A program made the position numbers and the translations under genes. From Oscillospiraceae bacterium (GTDB lineage: Bacteria > Bacillota > Clostridia > Oscillospirales > Oscillospiraceae): a stretch of DNA of 64,000 nucleotides. Below, piece after piece: positions 59,813 to 64,000 of this stretch. The notes under the pieces are model-generated. The model was not told where the DNA came from. It saw nothing but the letters and a program-made list of their open reading frames with translations, and did no database searches. The stretch covers positions 20,628 through 84,627 of the forward strand of contig JAFTVM010000005.1 of the NCBI GenBank assembly GCA_017465745.1. Reading direction: 5' to 3'. Positions within the stretch are counted from its first letter, which is position 1; each line of letters opens with the position of its first letter.

Positions 59813-60913
59813 ATGCATTATGATTATCTGATCGTCGGTGCCGGCCTCTTCGGCGCCGCTTTTGCCCGGGAAGCCACCGATGCCGGCAAGTCCGTGCTGG
59901 TCATTGACAAGCGCGACCATATCGGCGGCAATGTCTATACCGAATCTGTGGAGGGCATCAATGTCCACCGCTACGGCGCCCACATCTTCCACACCAACGA
60001 CCGCAGGGTCTGGGATTATGTCAACCGTTTTGCTGAGTTCAACCGCTATACCAATTCCCCTGTGGCCAACTACCACGGCGAGCTTTACTCCCTGCCCTTC
60101 AATATGTACACCTTCAACAAGATGTGGGGTATCATCACCCCCCAGGAAGCCGAGGCTGAGATCGCCCGCCAGCGCGCCACTGCCGGCATCACCGAACCCA
60201 AAAACCTGGAAGAGCAGGCCATTTCCCTGGTGGGCACTGACATCTATGAGAAGCTGGTCAAGGGCTACACTGAAAAGCAGTGGGGCCGCGACTGCACGGA
60301 CCTGCCCGCCTTCATCATCAAGCGCCTGCCCGTCCGCCTGACCTTCGACAACAACTATTTCAACGCCAAATACCAGGGTATCCCCGAGGGCGGCTACACC
60401 CAGATGGTGGCCAATATGCTCCAGGGCGTAGAAGTGCGGCTGAACGAGAACTACCTGGCAAATAAGGCCGCGTGGGACGCCATGGCCGACAAGGTCATCT
60501 ACACCGGCTCCATCGACGCCTACTTCGATTTCTGCTACGGCCCCCTGAGCTACCGCTCCGTCCGCTTTGAGACGGAACTGCTGGACATGCCCAACTATCA
60601 GGGCAACGCTGTGGTCAACTACACCGACCGGGAGACCCCCTACACCCGCATCATCGAGCACAAGCACTTCGAGTTCGGCACCCAGCCCAAGACCGTCATC
60701 TCCAGGGAGTATTCCTCCGAGTGGCAGCCCGGCGTGGAGCCCTACTACCCCGTCAACGACGAAGCCAACACCGCCCTGTATCAGCGCTACAAGGCCCTGG
60801 CTGACGCCGACCCCAAGACCATCTTCGGCGGCCGTCTGGGCGAGTACCGCTACTACGACATGGACGCTGTCCTGCTGTCCGCCCTGGCACTGGTGGAGAA
60901 GGAGCTGCACTAA
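59813..60913 (+). CDS. glf: UDP-galactopyranose mutase
   Basis: GAGLFG, HIGGN, YGAHIFHT, EPYYP and GRLGEYRYYDMD. Confidence 0.97.
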   Translation: MHYDYLIVGAGLFGAAFAREATDAGKSVLVIDKRDHIGGNVYTESVEGINVHRYGAHIFHTNDRRVWDYVNRFAEFNRYTNSPVANYHGELYSLPFNMYTFNKMWGIITPQEAEAEIARQRATAGITEPKNLEEQAISLVGTDIYEKLVKGYTEKQWGRDCTDLPAFIIKRLPVRLTFDNNYFNAKYQGIPEGGYTQMVANMLQGVEVRLNENYLANKAAWDAMADKVIYTGSIDAYFDFCYGPLSYRSVRFETELLDMPNYQGNAVVNYTDRETPYTRIIEHKHFEFGTQPKTVISREYSSEWQPGVEPYYPVNDEANTALYQRYKALADADPKTIFGGRLGEYRYYDMDAVLLSALALVEKELH

Positions 60914-60925
60914 GTACATATCAAC

Positions 60926-60953
60926 AAAAAGGAGCGGCATAGCCGCTCCTTTT
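60926..60953. terminator. Bidirectional terminator
   Basis: AAAAAGGAGCGGC-ATA-GCCGCTCCTTTT. Confidence 0.85.
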
Positions 60954-60964
60954 CCTTGTTCTCC

Positions 60965-61936
60965 TTACTCTTCCATGGGATAGACCACACCCCACTGCCT
61001 CCGCAGGTCATCCATCACATCCATGACGTAGATGGTCTCCGCCAGGGGCATGGAATCGGCCTGGGTCTTGCCTTCAGCGATGCACCGTCTGGCCTCCAGG
61101 AACTGGTACTCGTAGCCGCTGATCTGCTCCGGTACCTCATAGCGGGCCACCAGATTGTCCTCGGTGTCGAAGACGCTGACAGACTGGGGATTGTTGATAT
61201 TCTCCACCACCAGGTAGCCCTTGTCGCCGTGGATGATGCCCTTCCGGTCGGAGCGGGCATAGATACTGTGGGTCAGCACCGCCATGCGGCCGTCGTTGTA
61301 GAAAATGGTGATGGTCTCCATGGCATCCACGCCGGTGTCCGTCATCTGAACGGCGGAGCCGATGCTGGCGATGTCCGTACCGAAATGCATCAGCGCAAAA
61401 TTCAGGCCGTAGACACCGATGTCCAGCAGCGCGCCGCCGGCCAGTTCCCGCCTGACGATCCGCTCCTTGCAGCTGATGGGATAGCTCAGGTTGGCCGTCA
61501 GCGTATTGGGGGTACCGATGACGCCGCTGGCCAGAATATCATCGATCATCTTCCGGCTGGGCATGTAACGGGTCCAGATGGCTTCCGCCGCGTACAGGCC
61601 ATGCTCCGCTGCGTATTCGGCCACCTCCTCCGCCTCGGCGGCGTTGATGGTGAAGGCCTTTTCGCACAGCACATGCTTGCCGTTTTTCAGGGCCAGCATC
61701 ATGTGCTCCCGGTGGTGGGAATGGGGCGTGGCCACGTACACCAGCTCCACTTCCGGGTCCGCCAGCATGGCTTCATAGCTGCCGTAGGCCTTCCGGAAGC
61801 CGTACTTGGCGGCGAATGCTTCAGCTTTTTCCAGATTCCGGGAGGAAACGGCCCAGCATTCCATCTCCGGCATCTTCGCCAGGGTCTGGGATACGGTTGC
61901 GGCGATATTGCCCGCGCCGATGACTCCGATTTTCAT
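60965..61936 (-). CDS. Gfo/Idh/MocA-family oxidoreductase
   Basis: GVIGAGNIA, HVLCEKA and GGALLDIGVY. Confidence 0.92.
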   Translation of the reverse strand: MKIGVIGAGNIAATVSQTLAKMPEMECWAVSSRNLEKAEAFAAKYGFRKAYGSYEAMLADPEVELVYVATPHSHHREHMMLALKNGKHVLCEKAFTINAAEAEEVAEYAAEHGLYAAEAIWTRYMPSRKMIDDILASGVIGTPNTLTANLSYPISCKERIVRRELAGGALLDIGVYGLNFALMHFGTDIASIGSAVQMTDTGVDAMETITIFYNDGRMAVLTHSIYARSDRKGIIHGDKGYLVVENINNPQSVSVFDTEDNLVARYEVPEQISGYEYQFLEARRCIAEGKTQADSMPLAETIYVMDVMDDLRRQWGVVYPMEE

Positions 61937-62430
61937 ACTGCAACATCCTTTCTGATGATTCGATAAACGCATTCGCGGGTCCGGCCCCGGTATTCGATAC
62001 GGTCAGTCTTCGCAAGCACGGTCATGCCGCATTTTTCCATGCAGCGCAGGCTGGCGGCGTTTTCCGCGAAGGCCCCGGCGATGATTTCCCGGTAGCCCCG
62101 GTCAAAAAGTTCTGCAATGGCAAGGCCCAGGGCCGCCGTTGCGTATCCCCTGCCCCAGCAGGCCGGATGCACCGCGTAGCCCAGCTCCACGGCATCGCCG
62201 TGGATGCCCACATCGTTGATGATCCCCACCGGCGCGCCGCCTTCCTCCATGACCCGGACAAAACAGTCATGACCTTCCGACAGCTGCTTCATCCGGTCAA
62301 ACAGGGGCTTCGCTTCTTCCAACGCCGCAAAATCCGGCAGCATATAGGTTTTCGCCACGTCCCGGCTGGTGAGGATCTCCCCCACCCGGGGCCAGTCGGA
62401 TTCCGCAAATGGTCTCAGTTTCACGGTCAT
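61933..62430 (-). CDS. GNAT (RimJ/RimL-like) N-acetyltransferase
   Basis: ELGYAVHPACWGRGYAT and NAASLRCMEKCG. Confidence 0.88.
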   Translation of the reverse strand: MTVKLRPFAESDWPRVGEILTSRDVAKTYMLPDFAALEEAKPLFDRMKQLSEGHDCFVRVMEEGGAPVGIINDVGIHGDAVELGYAVHPACWGRGYATAALGLAIAELFDRGYREIIAGAFAENAASLRCMEKCGMTVLAKTDRIEYRGRTRECVYRIIRKDVAV

Positions 62431-63152
62431 TTCTCCCCTTTTGCGGCTTTCAGGAATTCCGCCACGATTTTCCGGTTGTCTTCGCTGACCTTCCATGCAA
62501 ACTCCGGATGCCACTGGACCCCCCAGACGAAGCGCTTTCCGGGCATGTACACCGCCTCTGCGATGCCGTCCGCCGCCATGGCCTGGACTTTCAGGCAGGG
62601 CGCCAGGTCCCGGATGGCCTGGTGGTGGCAGCTGTTGACGCCCATCCGCGCTCCCAGCAGCGCCGCCATGGGGCTGCCGGGGATCAGGTCTACCTTATGC
62701 TCCACACCGTCATAGGGCGGCTGCATCCGGTGATTGATGGGGGCCTCGTGCTGGGTCGCCACATCCTGGTACAGGGTTCCGCCCAGAGCCGCATTCATCA
62801 GCTGATGCCCCCGGCAGATCCCCAGCACCACCTTATCCTTTGCAATGGCTTCTTTCAGGATATAGGCATCCATCTCATCCCGCTGCGGGATATTCACGCC
62901 GCACAGGTCCGTTTTCTCCTGGCCGTAGACCGCCGGGGACACGTCCTGGCCGCCGGTGAGAATGAAGCCGTCGCAGGTTTCCAGGAAATAATCCAGCATC
63001 CCCGTGTCCGTGGTCAGGGGCAGCATCATGGGGATGGCCCCCTGGGCCTCCAGCATGTTCATGTAGCCGGGCAGCATCCAGTAGCTTTCCCGCTTCTCGT
63101 CATACAGCGGACAAATGCCGATGACGGGTCTGTTTCCATACATCTCAGCCAC
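62427..63152 (-). CDS. Gamma-glutamyl-GABA hydrolase family (peptidase C26, class I glutamine amidotransferase)
   Basis: LGICRGHQ nucleophile elbow, VNSCHHQ and VQWHPE. Confidence 0.92.
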   Translation of the reverse strand: MAEMYGNRPVIGICPLYDEKRESYWMLPGYMNMLEAQGAIPMMLPLTTDTGMLDYFLETCDGFILTGGQDVSPAVYGQEKTDLCGVNIPQRDEMDAYILKEAIAKDKVVLGICRGHQLMNAALGGTLYQDVATQHEAPINHRMQPPYDGVEHKVDLIPGSPMAALLGARMGVNSCHHQAIRDLAPCLKVQAMAADGIAEAVYMPGKRFVWGVQWHPEFAWKVSEDNRKIVAEFLKAAKGEK

Positions 63153-63582
63153 CCCGCTTCATTTCCATATAGGGAAATACTTCAAATCCATGGCGCTTAT
63201 AGAGCGCCACAGCCCCCTCGTTCTCCTCCTCCGCCTCCAGGCGCAGGATGGAATCGGGGTATTTTGCAGCGATAAAGTCCAGAAAGGCCCCACCGATGCC
63301 CTGCCCCCGATATTCAGGGCAGATATACAGATCCTCGATCCACTTGCAGGGCCGGCCGTATTCACAGATGAAGGACTTTGCCACCATGGCATAGCCCATC
63401 AGCTTCTCCCCTTCCGCGAAAACATACCCCTCCACATAGGGATTGCCGGAAATGCAGGCGGCGATATCGGCCCGGAAGATCTCATCGGAGCCGTTCGACA
63501 GCACCGCCGGGGAGGCGTAAAAGGTGCGCATCATATCCATTACGGCGGCCTCATGGGCCGCGGTCATCATTTTAATTTCCAT
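63145..63582 (-). CDS. GNAT N-acetyltransferase
   Basis: IEDLYICPEYRGQGIG and NEGAVALYKRHGF. Confidence 0.9.
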   Translation of the reverse strand: MEIKMMTAAHEAAVMDMMRTFYASPAVLSNGSDEIFRADIAACISGNPYVEGYVFAEGEKLMGYAMVAKSFICEYGRPCKWIEDLYICPEYRGQGIGGAFLDFIAAKYPDSILRLEAEEENEGAVALYKRHGFEVFPYMEMKRGG

Positions 63583-63583
63583 A

Positions 63584-64000
63584 TTATGTCCTCATCAGTG
63601 CGATGCCTTCCAGCATCTGGTAGGTTTCCAGGGCGAAAGCGTCCGTCATGGCGCTGATATGATCGATGAGCAGATGGACCCGCAGCCACCATTCCTCCAT
63701 GGCAAAGTCCGCCCGGTCCCGGTCCAGCTTTTCCACCGCAAAGGTATAGGCGTCCACGCAGCCCTTGCTGAAGCGGTTGTACAGCCGCCGCTCCACTGCC
63801 AGACCCTTGCTGTCCCCCTGGGTCAGGCGCAGAAAATCTGCCGCGGACAGCTTCAGCAGCCGCTCGTAGTGACGCAGGATCCCGGCGATCACCGCATAGC
63901 CGGTCAGTTCAATGCTCTCGGCCTCAATGGAGGGGTAGAGCAGTTTCTGACAGACCTTGTTGACAGTCCTGAGAACCTTACCCATGTACCGTTCCTCGGA
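63584..64000 (-). CDS. Deoxyguanosinetriphosphate triphosphohydrolase family, C-terminal part (5' end outside the window)
   Basis: IELTGYAVIAGIL and LIDHISAMTDAFA, the characteristic dGTPase C-terminal motif. Confidence 0.75.
   Translation of the reverse strand, partial: SEERYMGKVLRTVNKVCQKLLYPSIEAESIELTGYAVIAGILRHYERLLKLSAADFLRLTQGDSKGLAVERRLYNRFSKGCVDAYTFAVEKLDRDRADFAMEEWWLRVHLLIDHISAMTDAFALETYQMLEGIALMRT

Overview
This is a GC-rich chromosomal window from a Firmicute. Gene content and order suggest a Clostridia/Oscillospiraceae-like gut anaerobe (inference). It is mostly core genome: a partial recD2; an F1Fo ATP synthase operon with a Na+-type c subunit and an enlarged subunit a; asnS; an [FeFe]-hydrogenase maturation operon (TM1266-type regulator, hydE, hydG, hydF); tRNA-Ile2 and tRNA-Trp; efp, pepQ-like, yqeG; capD-like; rpsU; leuS-rsfS-nadD/yqeK-yhbY-rdgB-ftsY-smc; rnc-plsX-trmFO-topA-dprA; cls; a MATE pump; a Wzm/Wzt-type surface polysaccharide locus with ugd and glf; and a partial dGTPase. 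Two regions stand out. (1) An AT-rich, integrase-less islet of about 3 kb sits at the 3' end of tRNA-Trp, bounded by a 23-bp direct repeat. It carries an unannotated gene pair (a soluble, possibly frameshifted protein and a 442-aa CorA-like two-TM protein) separated by a structured spacer, and is a candidate defence cassette. (2) A structured, terminator-ended 5' leader with tandem repeats precedes the hydrogenase maturase operon and is a candidate new riboswitch or attenuator. All calls come from reading the sequence and motifs by eye; no searches or folding programs were run.
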